Of a stretch of 64,000 nucleotides of DNA, positions 25,432 to 37,482 are shown piece after piece. The notes beneath the pieces are model-generated. The model was not told where the DNA came from. It saw only the letters and a list, made by a program, of their open reading frames with translations, and searched no databases. Origin of the DNA: Monocercomonoides exilis PA203. Lineage: Eukaryota > Protista > Preaxostyla. The position numbers and the translations under genes were made by a program. The stretch is taken from assembly GCA_001643675.2 (NCBI GenBank), contig LSRY02000011.1, positions 930,001-994,000 of the forward strand, written 5' to 3'. Each line of letters begins with the position of its first letter. Positions within the stretch are counted from its first letter, which is position 1.

Positions 25432-26748
25432 TAATCCTTGAAATGAATGAACTCCTGAATGATGTGGATTAAAAAGAATTCAAATTTATTTTTTTTTCAG
25501 AAAAACTATTCAACAAAATACTGAAAATGATTGAAGAAGAGAAACTTTTAATGCAAAATACAACTTAGTAACTTTAACTTGTGTGATATTGCATTTTGAA
25601 GAAAAGATTTTTCACTTAAAGCTTTGAATATTCCACATTGAACGGAAGATTAATAAAGAAGAGAATTGAAAAAGATGATAAAAGAAGAGAAGAATGAAAA
25701 GTTTCTTCCTGATTCGTTTAAATGCTTTATTCAACTGAAAGCTGGCATTTATTTGGAAATGTTTTCTGTGTGTGTGCCTTGTCTTCTGAAAGTTGCATAA
25801 AGGAGAGAGAAAAACGAAGAAGTTCAAAAAGAAGTGAAAATGGCATTTGCTAACATTGAACAGTCATTAGTAATTGGTAGCACGCTTTTCTTTTTCGATT
25901 TTGATAATATTGATGTTTTCATATTTGATGAGAAATTGGATGAAGAGCAGCATTTGAATGAAATCAAAGAAATTGCCCAATATCATCAGGAACATCGCAA
26001 CCTGACTTGTCTTGCTTGTCAGCCAGCCAAAAAAGCCGAAGAGTTTGTTTTTGTTGCATCTGATCAATTGAGAATTTGCCAGTCAGGTGGAGCAGCTGAT
26101 GGAAGCAGAAGTTGAGAGGAGAAATCGGAAGCACACAACGATCTGAGCATGAACCTCGATGAGGAACGGAAAAGAGATGGCAGGAGAAAAAACGGAAGAG
26201 AAGAAGAGAAGAAGCGGGATGTTTTCAATAAATCTGGGCTTATCACCAAACTGCTTGGATCCATTTTTTCAAGTGAAAGGTTTTTTTGATGATCACCAGT
26301 CAAAGGAATAAAAAATTATTATTATCAATCATTCATTCTGAAAACACACAATATCACTTGATTTTGCTTCAACGCATTTGAATTGTGCATCGATGATTGC
26401 TTGTCCGATCATTCATTTGCTCGATTATTGTGTCAAATAATCATCTGAAACGGCAGCCACAAAAAAATCTCTCAGATGTGTATTTCTTTCATTTCGAAAA
26501 AGAAAAAGCATTGAATTGAGTTGATTAAGGAAAGAAAACAAGAAAGGAATTACAATGGGAAAATAACACAACAAACAAAAACAACAAAGCGAAGATCTGC
26601 ACTTGCACAGCACCTCCGTGAGGCAACCCAAGTGCACAAACACACAAACACCCAAATTCACAATCACATCCATCAATTCTTGCATTTCACAAGTTCCAAC
26701 TGAAACTGTCCTTCTCCATCGTTTCTTGGAAGCACTTCATTGATTTCT

Positions 26749-29700
26749 CTAATTCTCAACTTCTGTGGTTCTTCTCTTCACTTGGCTTTTGTCTGCTCCG
26801 TCCCCAACTCTGCCTCCAACATTGTTGTCTCCCCCGCATCCATCATCGCTGTCACATATGGCATCTGACTGAGTGATCAGCATGGCTGCCCCAGGCATCC
26901 TCTCGAACATCATCCGACGAACATCAACAAGCCTCGGCCTGTCTTCTCCAGCACTCATCAAGCAGCTCCTCGCAATGCCTTCAAACTTCACGCTTTCCAT
27001 CTTCTTCACATCCGGCCTTTCTCCATGGACAATCTTCTGCCCAGCTGTCTCTGCTTCATAGTCTCCAAATGGAATTTGCAGAGTCAGGCACTCCCACAGC
27101 ATCATCCCAATAGAAAACACAACTGACTCCTTTGTTGCCCCCAACTTCTTGTTCATCATCAGTTCTGGTGCCTTCCATCTCAAACACTCTTTTTTGAATT
27201 CGTCCTCTTCCTCAAATGCTGATGAGGGAAGAGAGTCATCCTCATCATCACTGGCAGATGTCACAACAGTTGATGAAGAGATGGATGATGATTCTGAATC
27301 ATCATCCAGCAAAATGTCAGAATGCATCACAATGCAGATCACCATATGCTCGGAGAACAGAACAATGTGAGGACTCAAATTTTCAAGTGATTGAAGTGGA
27401 ATTTCCATTTCATCAAATGAGTGGAGTGCACCGTTCGCCACCCAGAACAAAATCTGAGCTGCTGTCACCTCCCTCTCCTGCAAACTTCCTATTGCCATCT
27501 CCTTTGTCTTGTTCTTTCCATGAAGCAGCATGAACAGTGAATCCCTCAGATCAACAATCAGTTTCTCATGAGGAGACGAGCAGGCCATTGCATCCACCAG
27601 ATTCGACATGGACGAGGTGGTTGGGCACAACTCCTCCCCACGAACAAAGGTTGAATCTGAATCAGTTGTTGAAGTGGTTGAAGTGGATGAGACAGATGGA
27701 GATGGTGTTCTCTTCCTTATCTCTTCTTCTTCATCTTTCTCCAGCACCCATTCTGGAATCTTGTCTGAGTCCTTCCCCAGAATATATTCTGTCGAGCCAC
27801 TCTCACTCAATAAATGCTCCGATGATTCAGAATGTCCCAAGCTTTTCTCATACACCCTCTTCTTTATCCTCTCTTCATTTTTCTTCTCTGCATCCCTCTC
27901 TGCTCTCCTCCACTGCTCCTCAGGAGACATCTCCATCGTCACCATCTCAACAAGCTTTGGATCCTTTTTCACTGTGTCATTCACAATCTCCTCCAATTCC
28001 TTTGTTCTTCTCTTTTGCTTCCTCCATCGAACAATGAATATTATGGAGACAATAAGAACAATCAGCAAAATCATAACAAGCACAATTACAATAATTGGCC
28101 AAAATGATTTTTCTTTCTTTCCTTCTTCAGCAATTCTATCATCTCCTTTGGCCTTGACTTCACTTCTATTCTTCAGAATGAAAGACTCAGTTGATGAAGG
28201 AGAATCAGAATTTCCAAATTGAATGCATATGCTCACTTCTGTCTCGTCTCTCACTTCCTCCAATTCTGAAGATGAAATAACTGATTGAATTTCATCCTCT
28301 GACACATAGCCTTCTTCATCAATTTCCTTTCTTACTATTTCCTCTTCATCTCCATCTTTCATGCTTATCTTCACCGACAAATCACATGGCAGAAGCAGAT
28401 TCCCATGAATGATCAATTCCAATTCACCTGATGGCTGGGTTATATTCTTCACATCTTCCAAAACTGGAATAAAGAAGGGGGATGCTCTTTCAGCTGCTAT
28501 CCCTCCCAATTCACATCCCTCATCCAATATCCAAAGTGATGTGTTTGGAAACACTCCGTCTCCACCTTTTACACTCACAACATTCAATTCGCTATTCCCC
28601 GTGCAGATCACATTCCTTCGAATCGATGGAAACCGCTCAATTGATGGATTGTTGTTCTCGAATTCTCCCTTCTCAATAACAACACTTCCACCTGACAAAG
28701 ACAGCCCTCCTTTCTTCGAGTTGCTTATTGTGGTGTATTTCATTGTCAGACTGCTTGAAATGGCATCCACAACTGATCCCTTCCACTTGCAAACCTCTTC
28801 TGTTCTTCCATTTGTTTTCTTTTCTTCTCTTGCTTCTTCCTCCAAATCCCCAGAGAACCTGCACAGATCAAACCTCACATTGGCACAATTGCTCACCGAC
28901 ACAATCGATCCTTTCTCCTTTGAGCTCAAACACTTTCCAAATGAACAGTTCGATAACACTTCATCCTTCACCAAATTCTGCATATGCACAGCACTTCCAC
29001 TCCTTGAGAGAGTGATGCTCTGAACATCCAACTCCTTCATCTCCACTTCCGCTCTGTCTCCAACTTCAATCACATTTCCCTCTGATTCGAAATCATCTAT
29101 TTTTGTTTCTGATATGGCTGCTTTCGATCCCCCAATGAATTCAATCAAAGGCACAGACAATTTCATTCTCGTGAACACACACTTGTCCATCTCCAGCTCT
29201 CCTCCTTCAACTCCCATTATTGTGCTGTGAATGGTCAATTCTGTTGCAGATGTTAAGCATTCGCACTCCCTCATCTCTGTTGTCCCGTTCTTCACTTTCA
29301 TAATGCAGCTGTGACTCGATGAAAACTGTTCTCCAAACTCAAACACACACCGCTCCACAACACACTCATTCACAAATGTGACCATGTTCCCTTCATTTCC
29401 CATCTCTTGAACAGTTGCATTGAAATGGACTGTTGCCTTCGCCTTCTTCATTGGCTTCACACTCACGTCTCCCATCACACATTCCCCTCCAATGTCCCCT
29501 TCTCCATCAATAAAAATCACATTCATGATCCCCTTTTGAATGTGAGACACTCCGTGGCTGATGCTTTTGCATGGATTCGTCTGCTCTCCACACTGTCTGA
29601 TATCCCTCCCATTCACACACACAAACACCTGCTGGCCATAATAGAATGTGATCAGCGGGATCAGATCAATATCTCTTTTCTCTTCGTCGCTTCCACAAAT

Positions 29701-32700
29701 CGAGTTGTTCGACTTCAGAGCATCCTGGCTGAAGTCCAGCGAGAACAGCTTCTCATTGATCTGCTTTTCAATCCACTTGCACCGGATGAACACATCCTTC
29801 CCCACAAACGCATCATTCATTGTGAATCTGGTGCTCTCGATCATTATCCCCAAAGGCAGTGCATCCTCTGTGTCTGCTTGTGTTTCACCCAGGCCAGATG
29901 CATCTATCATCAGCCCTCCTCCTCTCCCCTTCACAATGGAACAAATGCACATCCCAAACGAGCAGCCACTCACTTTCAGCTCACTTCCTCCACTCCTCAA
30001 ACTCACTGTCATCCCTCCTCCCTCTTCGCTCTTCTCGCTCAGACACTTTGTCATCACACACTTTTCCACACAGCACTTCATTCCAACATCAAATGAGCCA
30101 CCATTCAGAACTGTAGCTCTGCTATCATTGCATGTGATGCTTGTGAATGATGAGCTGTTGATGCTCACCAACATCACTCCATCTCCATTCTCTTTGCCTC
30201 TCAGCATCGTTGCTCCTTTCAATAAGCTGGCTGATGAGAGAGCAGATTTGCTGAGCGAAATCAGACTCCTTCCCGAAATGCTTGTGTTGGTGATCGACAG
30301 ATTCATCACATCTGCCACTTTCACATCTGAAGACAATTCCACAAAACCTTGTGAAAAATGGAATTCTTTCAGAGCACAATCTTCAATTGCCACACTCCCT
30401 CCATCCACTTTCACCAAGCAGAAACACGTTTCTTTTGAAGGATCCTCACAAACAAATGAGCAGCTTTTCACAGAAAGGGCACCATTCATTGATGATGATT
30501 TGAGGAAAGACAGATGGTGGGCAAGCACATTTGGAAGAGAAAATGAAATATTCACAAATGAGAGAATCACTTCCGAAGCAATCATCGCCTCTCCATTTTC
30601 TCCATCTGTTTCCTTTTCTTCTGCAATCCTCAAAACTGTTCCATTTGTCTCCCCTTCAATCTTCACAGCTGGTGTGATTGACGATGATGATGATGAATAA
30701 AATGATATTGAACTTCGAAGCAATCCTGAATTTGATACAATGATCTTTGATTCTTCTGTTTCAAGTGTTGCGAATCTCAAAGAAACAAGATGATCAATCG
30801 ATGAACAAGGTGCTTCGGAATACCCACACTCACTGAAATCTTTTCCACTTTCAAAAGTGACAAACCCATCCCCACTCCAATTATCCCACAAAAACACAAC
30901 CAGTGGAATCGCATATCCCTCCTCTCCTGTTGTCTTCCTCTCCCATCCACACAACTCATCCAATGATCCCAACTCCTCATCACTCATCTCCCATTTAAAG
31001 CACTCCTTATTCACAATCTCACTCAGATCCCATCCAGAAACAAACACATTCTTCCCCTTCCAGGCATTGCATCTCTCAAATGTCATTCCTTCCAAAATGA
31101 ATGTTCCCAATTGATTGGGAAGTTCAACAAACATTCCTCCTCCAAATCCTCTCCCCACCTCATCACTCTCGCCTGATGGCACTTCACATCCTTCAAACTT
31201 CACTTCCTTCATCTTCAAGCTCCCTCCACTTCCAACAGACATCATCATCCCGCCTCCTCTTCCATTTGAGTCTGCTTCATTCTCTGACTTGCAACCATCA
31301 AATGTGGTTGACCCATTGATCGCAACCTCTTCATCTTTGCCGATCGAAATCTTCATTCCTCCACCACAACCGTCTTTCTCCTCAACACCACACTCACTGA
31401 ATGTGCAATTGGTGATTATAATAACATCAACAACCAAAGTGTCAGAATTCTTGCTTTCCTTTTTGTCACAACTCCTTTCCAAACAGCTTCCTCCTCCATT
31501 TCTCCTCGAAATTCCTGTGAGAACACAATTTGAAAATTCTGCTGAACTTTCTCCAGCACATCTAATAATTGGATCTGACAAGGTGTTTAATGATCCTTTG
31601 TTCGAGAAGCCTGTCATGTGCAGAACTCCTCCATCAATCTGAAAAACACAGAATTCGATTTCATTCAGTGAGTTTCCGATGGCAGGCTCAATCGAGCAAT
31701 CACTGACACTCAAAGCATTCGAAGAGGAAAGGATGAATGAAGAGGCTGGAGAAAGTGCTGATGGAAGCGAAAAGCACATATCTTTCAGCAATGCTTCAGA
31801 TGAAACTCTGATCACACATTCTGAATCAAACTGAAGAGCAGGAGGCGCAACAACCTCAACAGCAGTGTCACCAATTGTGCCTGTCACATTCCAAAACTGG
31901 CTCTCCATCACAACCTCTTCATAGAGCACAAATCCATTTTTGATTCGGATTGTTCGTGGCACAGCCCCATACCACAACTCAACCACTCTCTTGATCGATG
32001 AGCACGGATACTGCTCCAATCCACATCTGCTGAAGTCCATGCTTTTCTCTCCTCCCACAAATCCAACATCCCCTGCTTCCATCAAATATGGAAGAAGTGG
32101 AACACACTCCTCTCTGCGCCCATCCTCAAATCCCAATAAGTCGCTGTCTGTCATGCCCTCATGCTCAAAGCCAAATGTGGTGTGACTCACAACATCTCTC
32201 AGACACTGTGCATTCACAAATATGTTGTTCCCTTTTTCGGCCTGGCAATCCTCAAAACGAGCACAATGGATGCAAAAAGCACAACTCTCATCAACAACAT
32301 CCAGATAAATAGCTCCGCCATATCCTCCAACTCCATTTCCCTTCCCCACACAGCTGCAACTGCTGAATGTCACACATTCCACATTCTCATCGGCACTTTC
32401 ACTTGAGACATTCCCAATCTCCATCTTCGAGCCTTCATCCAGTTGAATCCATATCCCTCCTCCACACCCATCCTCACACCCGCAGTTCCTCATCATTCCC
32501 CCTGAAATATTCACATTCATCCCATTCGCCAGATTCCCACTAATCACACTCCCATCCCCACTCGCTCGAGAAATGCCATATGCATCAACATTGTTCATCT
32601 GGAAAGACAATGAGTGCTCTCCTCTGATGTCGAATGCTGGAACAGATGAAAATGATATTCCACTGATCTCAACAGAATCAAAACAAACAGACCCCTTTTG

Positions 32701-34890
32701 GACAATCATCAGCGATGCCGTTAAAACACAACTTTCATCGTAATTCAATGTGGCGATCACACACTCAACCAATTTCAACATCCCTTCTTCTGCCAACACT
32801 TCCATCAGATGAGACGATGGATTCTCTCCACAAACAAATGTGATTTTTCTGAAACTTCCCACTCCAGCTCCAATGGCCACCAACGATTCTCCATTTGGTG
32901 ATCTGTTGCAAACAACCACTTGTGCCTTGTCTTTCCCCTCAAACGCAATCCTCATTTTTCCAACATTAATTTTGTTTTCTTCATAATCCCCAGACTCAAT
33001 GATCACTTCATTGCTGCTTCCATCACCATCCAGCACACTCATTCCAAACTCGATTGTTTTGCATCTCCTTCCATATTCATCTCCTCCTCTCACAAACCCA
33101 CAGGCCATGTGATCCAATCCTTCCTGTGAGTTCACAAACACTGGGTTGAAGAAAACTTTTGGAATCCAGTCATCGTGTTCTGTTGTTCCAATAACCACTC
33201 GATTGCTATTTGCAGCTGTGTTTGAACGGCAAAGCACAAACGAATTTTCAGTGATGTTTGTCCACCCTTCAACAGCATAGATATCGTGGCCAATATTTGC
33301 AGCTGTATTGTTTGAAAAAAAGCAAAATATAATCTGAATATCACTTACTCCTGTTCCCTTGGTCCATCCAAATCCTGCTCCATATCTTTCGCTGTATCCA
33401 CTGCAAATTGAGCAATCAGTGAAAATGGCAGCGACATCATCATAAAAGCCAATACTTCCCCCTTCATCGTAAAGTGACATATTCTTTCTGCAACTATAAA
33501 AGTTGCATTTTTCAACAATTCCCAGATGCTCGTTTTTCTGGATCAATACCCCACCTCCAGTATGTTTAGTTGAACCGTTTGAACAATTAACACCATTTAC
33601 TGAAAATCTTGAAGACAACCTTATGAAAACGCATCCTCCAGAAGCTTCTGCTGTACAATAATCAAAACTCGAAAATGAAAGCTCAAAGTTATTTTTATTT
33701 TCATCCAATACAATTGCTCCTCCGCACCAAGTTGAATGGCACGAATGAAATTTGCACAAGGTGACATTTAACAGCCCTGTGGAAGTGAAAAGAATTGCTC
33801 CCCCATTAACCCGTGATGAATTTTCAGATGAAAGGTTGTTGAAATCACAATCCTCAAATGTTGCATCACCTGAGTTCACAACTTGTCTTTTCATGCTTTT
33901 GTTTCCAATCACTTGATCTGCATTTTCTCTCCGAACGCATTGCGAATACGATGAATTCAGAGCCAAAAAGTGATTATGTTCTGAACGCATCCCTTCAACC
34001 AATCCTCCTCCAAGTGGCGAGTCAACTTTTTCCACAAAACATCCCTCGAAACGATATTCATTTTCTGAATTGCCCATTGAACATCGATTGCTTTGGCCTC
34101 TCGCACTTTGTGAGATGTTTGCAAAATGGCAGGTGCAAACTGCTATTTCCCTTATGTTTGTGCTTGCTAAAAGAGAAATTGATCTCACTAAAGCAAATGA
34201 AGAAAAATCAGAATCAAACATTTTCAGATTCTTATTCTTATGTCCAAAACCCTTTCCGTCGCAACAAACAAGCGGTTCACAAATTTCTGCAAACTGATTG
34301 GCAAAATAAGAAATGTTGCTCAAAATCAAATGACCTTCATTCAACTTCAACAAATGACCACCTGACATTCCATGATCATGCACAGAGCAGCAATGGACAA
34401 GAACGGTGGACAAGCTGTTGATGAGAATCATCGATCTTCTCTTTTCTTTGACAAGCACCAAATATTTCATCTCACAACTCGAATTTCCAAAATTGACCAT
34501 CGTCCTCACAGTGGATCTTGGATTGTGAAAAACTCTTTTCGAATCACGAATGATCTTCAACTGACTCTTCTCAATCTTTAACTGGCAATTTATATCGTTT
34601 GGTTCACTTCTTTTTTCTTTTGAATCACTTTCACTCTCCTTCAATGTCATCTTCATTCCTTCTGCATCTTCACAAATTGTCTCATCTTCTTTAAGACTCT
34701 TTCTTGAATTTTGTCTGTTGTGAGCACATCCAAATGGAGTTTCCTTTATTTGCTCGTTAGCCGATTCTTGTTTCCTGATATGAACAAAATGGTCATCTTC
34801 AGTAGATGTTAAGTCAGAGTGTTCGCGTTTGTGAGATGACTCAAAGCTGTTCAATAGCGCAATCAACGCAAACACAAACATCAAATTCAT
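26749..34890 (-). CDS. Giant single-pass surface protein: Cys/Gly-rich beta-helix-like ectodomain, TM helix, degenerate TKL-like pseudokinase tail
   Basis: Uninterrupted ~2713-codon ORF (first ATG at 34890). Signal-like MNLMFVFALIALL; four D...CG....(P)C.(S/T)I modules; many C..C...GGG motifs; TM WPIIVIVLVMILLIVLIVSIIFIV; kinase C-lobe LRWKAPE / VFSIGMMLWE / IPF / RP without HRD or DFG. Confidence 0.9.
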   Translation of the reverse strand: MNLMFVFALIALLNSFESSHKREHSDLTSTEDDHFVHIRKQESANEQIKETPFGCAHNRQNSRKSLKEDETICEDAEGMKMTLKESESDSKEKRSEPNDINCQLKIEKSQLKIIRDSKRVFHNPRSTVRTMVNFGNSSCEMKYLVLVKEKRRSMILINSLSTVLVHCCSVHDHGMSGGHLLKLNEGHLILSNISYFANQFAEICEPLVCCDGKGFGHKNKNLKMFDSDFSSFALVRSISLLASTNIREIAVCTCHFANISQSARGQSNRCSMGNSENEYRFEGCFVEKVDSPLGGGLVEGMRSEHNHFLALNSSYSQCVRRENADQVIGNKSMKRQVVNSGDATFEDCDFNNLSSENSSRVNGGAILFTSTGLLNVTLCKFHSCHSTWCGGAIVLDENKNNFELSFSSFDYCTAEASGGCVFIRLSSRFSVNGVNCSNGSTKHTGGGVLIQKNEHLGIVEKCNFYSCRKNMSLYDEGGSIGFYDDVAAIFTDCSICSGYSERYGAGFGWTKGTGVSDIQIIFCFFSNNTAANIGHDIYAVEGWTNITENSFVLCRSNTAANSNRVVIGTTEHDDWIPKVFFNPVFVNSQEGLDHMACGFVRGGDEYGRRCKTIEFGMSVLDGDGSSNEVIIESGDYEENKINVGKMRIAFEGKDKAQVVVCNRSPNGESLVAIGAGVGSFRKITFVCGENPSSHLMEVLAEEGMLKLVECVIATLNYDESCVLTASLMIVQKGSVCFDSVEISGISFSSVPAFDIRGEHSLSFQMNNVDAYGISRASGDGSVISGNLANGMNVNISGGMMRNCGCEDGCGGGIWIQLDEGSKMEIGNVSSESADENVECVTFSSCSCVGKGNGVGGYGGAIYLDVVDESCAFCIHCARFEDCQAEKGNNIFVNAQCLRDVVSHTTFGFEHEGMTDSDLLGFEDGRREECVPLLPYLMEAGDVGFVGGEKSMDFSRCGLEQYPCSSIKRVVELWYGAVPRTIRIKNGFVLYEEVVMESQFWNVTGTIGDTAVEVVAPPALQFDSECVIRVSSEALLKDMCFSLPSALSPASSFILSSSNALSVSDCSIEPAIGNSLNEIEFCVFQIDGGVLHMTGFSNKGSLNTLSDPIIRCAGESSAEFSNCVLTGISRRNGGGSCLERSCDKKESKNSDTLVVDVIIITNCTFSECGVEEKDGCGGGMKISIGKDEEVAINGSTTFDGCKSENEADSNGRGGGMMMSVGSGGSLKMKEVKFEGCEVPSGESDEVGRGFGGGMFVELPNQLGTFILEGMTFERCNAWKGKNVFVSGWDLSEIVNKECFKWEMSDEELGSLDELCGWERKTTGEEGYAIPLVVFLWDNWSGDGFVTFESGKDFSECGYSEAPCSSIDHLVSLRFATLETEESKIIVSNSGLLRSSISFYSSSSSSITPAVKIEGETNGTVLRIAEEKETDGENGEAMIASEVILSFVNISFSLPNVLAHHLSFLKSSSMNGALSVKSCSFVCEDPSKETCFCLVKVDGGSVAIEDCALKEFHFSQGFVELSSDVKVADVMNLSITNTSISGRSLISLSKSALSSASLLKGATMLRGKENGDGVMLVSINSSSFTSITCNDSRATVLNGGSFDVGMKCCVEKCVMTKCLSEKSEEGGGMTVSLRSGGSELKVSGCSFGMCICSIVKGRGGGLMIDASGLGETQADTEDALPLGIMIESTRFTMNDAFVGKDVFIRCKWIEKQINEKLFSLDFSQDALKSNNSICGSDEEKRDIDLIPLITFYYGQQVFVCVNGRDIRQCGEQTNPCKSISHGVSHIQKGIMNVIFIDGEGDIGGECVMGDVSVKPMKKAKATVHFNATVQEMGNEGNMVTFVNECVVERCVFEFGEQFSSSHSCIMKVKNGTTEMRECECLTSATELTIHSTIMGVEGGELEMDKCVFTRMKLSVPLIEFIGGSKAAISETKIDDFESEGNVIEVGDRAEVEMKELDVQSITLSRSGSAVHMQNLVKDEVLSNCSFGKCLSSKEKGSIVSVSNCANVRFDLCRFSGDLEEEAREEKKTNGRTEEVCKWKGSVVDAISSSLTMKYTTISNSKKGGLSLSGGSVVIEKGEFENNNPSIERFPSIRRNVICTGNSELNVVSVKGGDGVFPNTSLWILDEGCELGGIAAERASPFFIPVLEDVKNITQPSGELELIIHGNLLLPCDLSVKISMKDGDEEEIVRKEIDEEGYVSEDEIQSVISSSELEEVRDETEVSICIQFGNSDSPSSTESFILKNRSEVKAKGDDRIAEEGKKEKSFWPIIVIVLVMILLIVLIVSIIFIVRWRKQKRRTKELEEIVNDTVKKDPKLVEMVTMEMSPEEQWRRAERDAEKKNEERIKKRVYEKSLGHSESSEHLLSESGSTEYILGKDSDKIPEWVLEKDEEEEIRKRTPSPSVSSTSTTSTTDSDSTFVRGEELCPTTSSMSNLVDAMACSSPHEKLIVDLRDSLFMLLHGKNKTKEMAIGSLQEREVTAAQILFWVANGALHSFDEMEIPLQSLENLSPHIVLFSEHMVICIVMHSDILLDDDSESSSISSSTVVTSASDDEDDSLPSSAFEEEDEFKKECLRWKAPELMMNKKLGATKESVVFSIGMMLWECLTLQIPFGDYEAETAGQKIVHGERPDVKKMESVKFEGIARSCLMSAGEDRPRLVDVRRMMFERMPGAAMLITQSDAICDSDDGCGGDNNVGGRVGDGADKSQVKRRTTEVEN

Positions 34891-36304
34891 TCTGAGTGTG
34901 AGTATGGGTTTCAAATGATTTTTCAGTCAAACAATTTTTGGCAATGCTTGAACATCCATCATTGCGTGACACAAGTCATAGTGCAATAAACATATTTAAT
35001 CAGATGAACCTTAATAAAGAACTTCTGATCCATTTATATAATCACAGTAATTGTTTTCCAGATTTCTGTTCTTTCTTTGCATTTGTTTGACAATCAATGA
35101 GAAGAACTCAAAAATGAATTTGTTGTCCAAAAACTGTTTGTTGTGCATTTGAAAGAGTTTTATTTCATGGTTTCATTTTGAGTGCATGCAGAATGTGGAA
35201 CGATGAAGTGTTTTGTTGTTTGGATGTTGTTTGAAACAAATTGAACGCTCATTTCGGAATTCACAAGCCACAAACATGACAATCTCGAAGCATTTCAGAA
35301 AGCCATTCTTAATTTTCATTTTTCACTGGAAATCATATGATTTTATTGTGGAATTCTTATCTTTTTGACCTGAGAGAAATCATCACAAAAGCCAGTCAAA
35401 AAGCGTTATACCTTCCAATTTATCGAATTGTTTTGTCAATGATGATGAAAGCAGAGTTCATCGCTGTTTGCAATGACGACTTCAACAGTTACAGAGAATT
35501 TTCAAAAAACAGCTCACTTTCGTTTTGCAAATACGAATGAAAAACAAATACGACCAATGCCATTTGATGAAGTTTCTTAGAAGGAATGCACAAAGATTAT
35601 TGACTTGAGACATTGAAGAACTCCGTTTCGATTCATCCTCATGTCTTCAAACAGAAGCGCAAAGTCACTTCGAGCTCATCATCTTTGACAAACATTCTTC
35701 GTTGTTTGTCGCTTCTTCTTTTCTCTTCTTCTTCTTTGACAAAAAGAATAACTCTGCTTTTTTGTATTTTTTTTCTGTTGAATCATCCAATGCAGCATTT
35801 CATCCACTTTTTATTCTTTGAAAAGAAAAATCAGTTGAGATATCATTCTAATTATTTTTTCAATTCAATTGCTTTTAATGGAATTGATGATGTTCAAAAC
35901 TGTGATAATTTTTATTGAGTTGAGCGAATTAACAAGACAAAAGCAAGCTGGAAGATTTTATCGAGAAAAGAGGTGAGATATGAATAATATAAATTCAGTT
36001 TTTTAACGTTTTTGAAAAAATAAAATGTCAGTTAAATCTGAATTCTCAAAATTCTGTGTGAACTTGTTCACAACGACACAATTTCCATGGTTGAAGTATT
36101 TTTTTGAATGCCATTTTCTTATTTTCTTGAAAGAGGATTCTCTTTTCTCTTTTTCAAAATCAAATATTAATGAATTTTTTTCTATCTTTTCTTTTCAGCA
36201 TTTTTTCATTTAAAGAAAATCTCAGGTTTTTGTTTATCAAAAGAACAACACAAATAAAAATTCTTTTTCCAAAAAATAATTATCATTTCTCAATTATCCA
36301 AATA

Positions 36305-36681
36305 CAGATATCGCAAAAAATTCCGGACATCGCACAAAATACCGGACAAGATCGATTTCACAATAACTGCAAGAGGAATAATTTTGACAATTTTCCTCAA
36401 AACACATCTCATCAGTACAAACTCATTTGATAAACGAGGCTTAATGGATAGCTTCATTTGTTCTCAAAAAAAATTATTATTGAAATTTCGGAGAAACACA
36501 AAAACTTATTTCTCAGAGATCTTTGTAATAATTTTCTTTGAGAACAAATAAAGCTATTTTGAAAGTCTCGTATATCAATTGAGTTTGTATTGATGAGATA
36601 TATTTTGAGGAAAATTGTCAGAATTATTCCTCTTGCAATTATAGTAAAATCGATCTTGTCCGGTATTTTGTGCGATATCTG
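36305..36681. mobile_element. Tc1/mariner-type MITE, CAGATATCGC termini, TA TSD
   Basis: ta|CAGATATCGC...GCGATATCTG|ta; imperfect ~110-125-bp TIRs; the left TIR has an internal duplication. Confidence 0.8.
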
Positions 36682-36952
36682 TAAATAATTTATTGATTTT
36701 TGCTTTGAATAACTTGTGTTGTGTGAATCGTATTCAAAAAATATTCTTTCATCAATATACAATTTTTATCTGAAATTAGAAAAAAAAATTACATTTTCAG
36801 ATATTATAAACTTTTTTTTAAAAATAAATTGTTTGTTTATTCATTTATTTTTTCCATTTAATACTCAAATGAACAATATACACTTAAAATGGTTCTGAAT
36901 CCGAAAACTTTCAATCAATATGGAATTCTTTTATAAAAACTGAATGGAATAT

Positions 36953-37211
36953 GGGTGATTATTTTTGTTATCATATCTTTTTTTTTGTGGTGTTGATTTA
37001 TCACAGATTGTTAATTTTATAAAAAGAAATTTTAAATTCATAAATGAAAAAGCATGATAATTGCTTTTAAAAACAAATGTTTTTACCGAATCAATGATAA
37101 AAATTCATTCAAAAAGCCTTTTCACTCTTCATTTTTTTCAAATTGATAATCAATATATATTTTTGCACCTAAATTATTAAATGAAAAAAAATGATTCATT
37201 AGTAATCACCC
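36953..37211. mobile_element. 259-bp GGGTGATT-ended MITE, ATAT TSD
   Basis: GGGTGATTA...TAATCACCC with ATAT flanks; similar to 9565-9821. Confidence 0.82.
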
Positions 37212-37215
37212 ATAT

Positions 37216-37482
37216 GTGGGAAAATACGGACTTTTAAGCTTTTTTTACAAAAAGCACTAAAAAATTGCTTCACTCATAACATTAAAAAACTTAACCATAT
37301 TTCATAATAAATTTGATTTTCTATCCATATACAAACGAAAGTGATAAATCATCATTATGTTTTGTGACCTCAAATGAATATAGAAAAATGAACCAATTTT
37401 GTTGAAAATTTTTGTTCACAAAAAGTTCATCCAAGGTGCATAGTTTTTCTATGAAAAAGCCTGAAGTGTAATATGTTGCCCC
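37216..37482. mobile_element. MITE abutting the previous one and sharing the ATAT target
   Basis: Start homologous to 19474 (GAAAATACGGACTTT); degenerate right end GTTGCCCC followed by ATAT. Confidence 0.55.

Noticed and set aside
26873-34581. Many plus-strand ORFs of up to 350 aa
   Set aside because: Antisense shadows of the 2.7k-aa gene.
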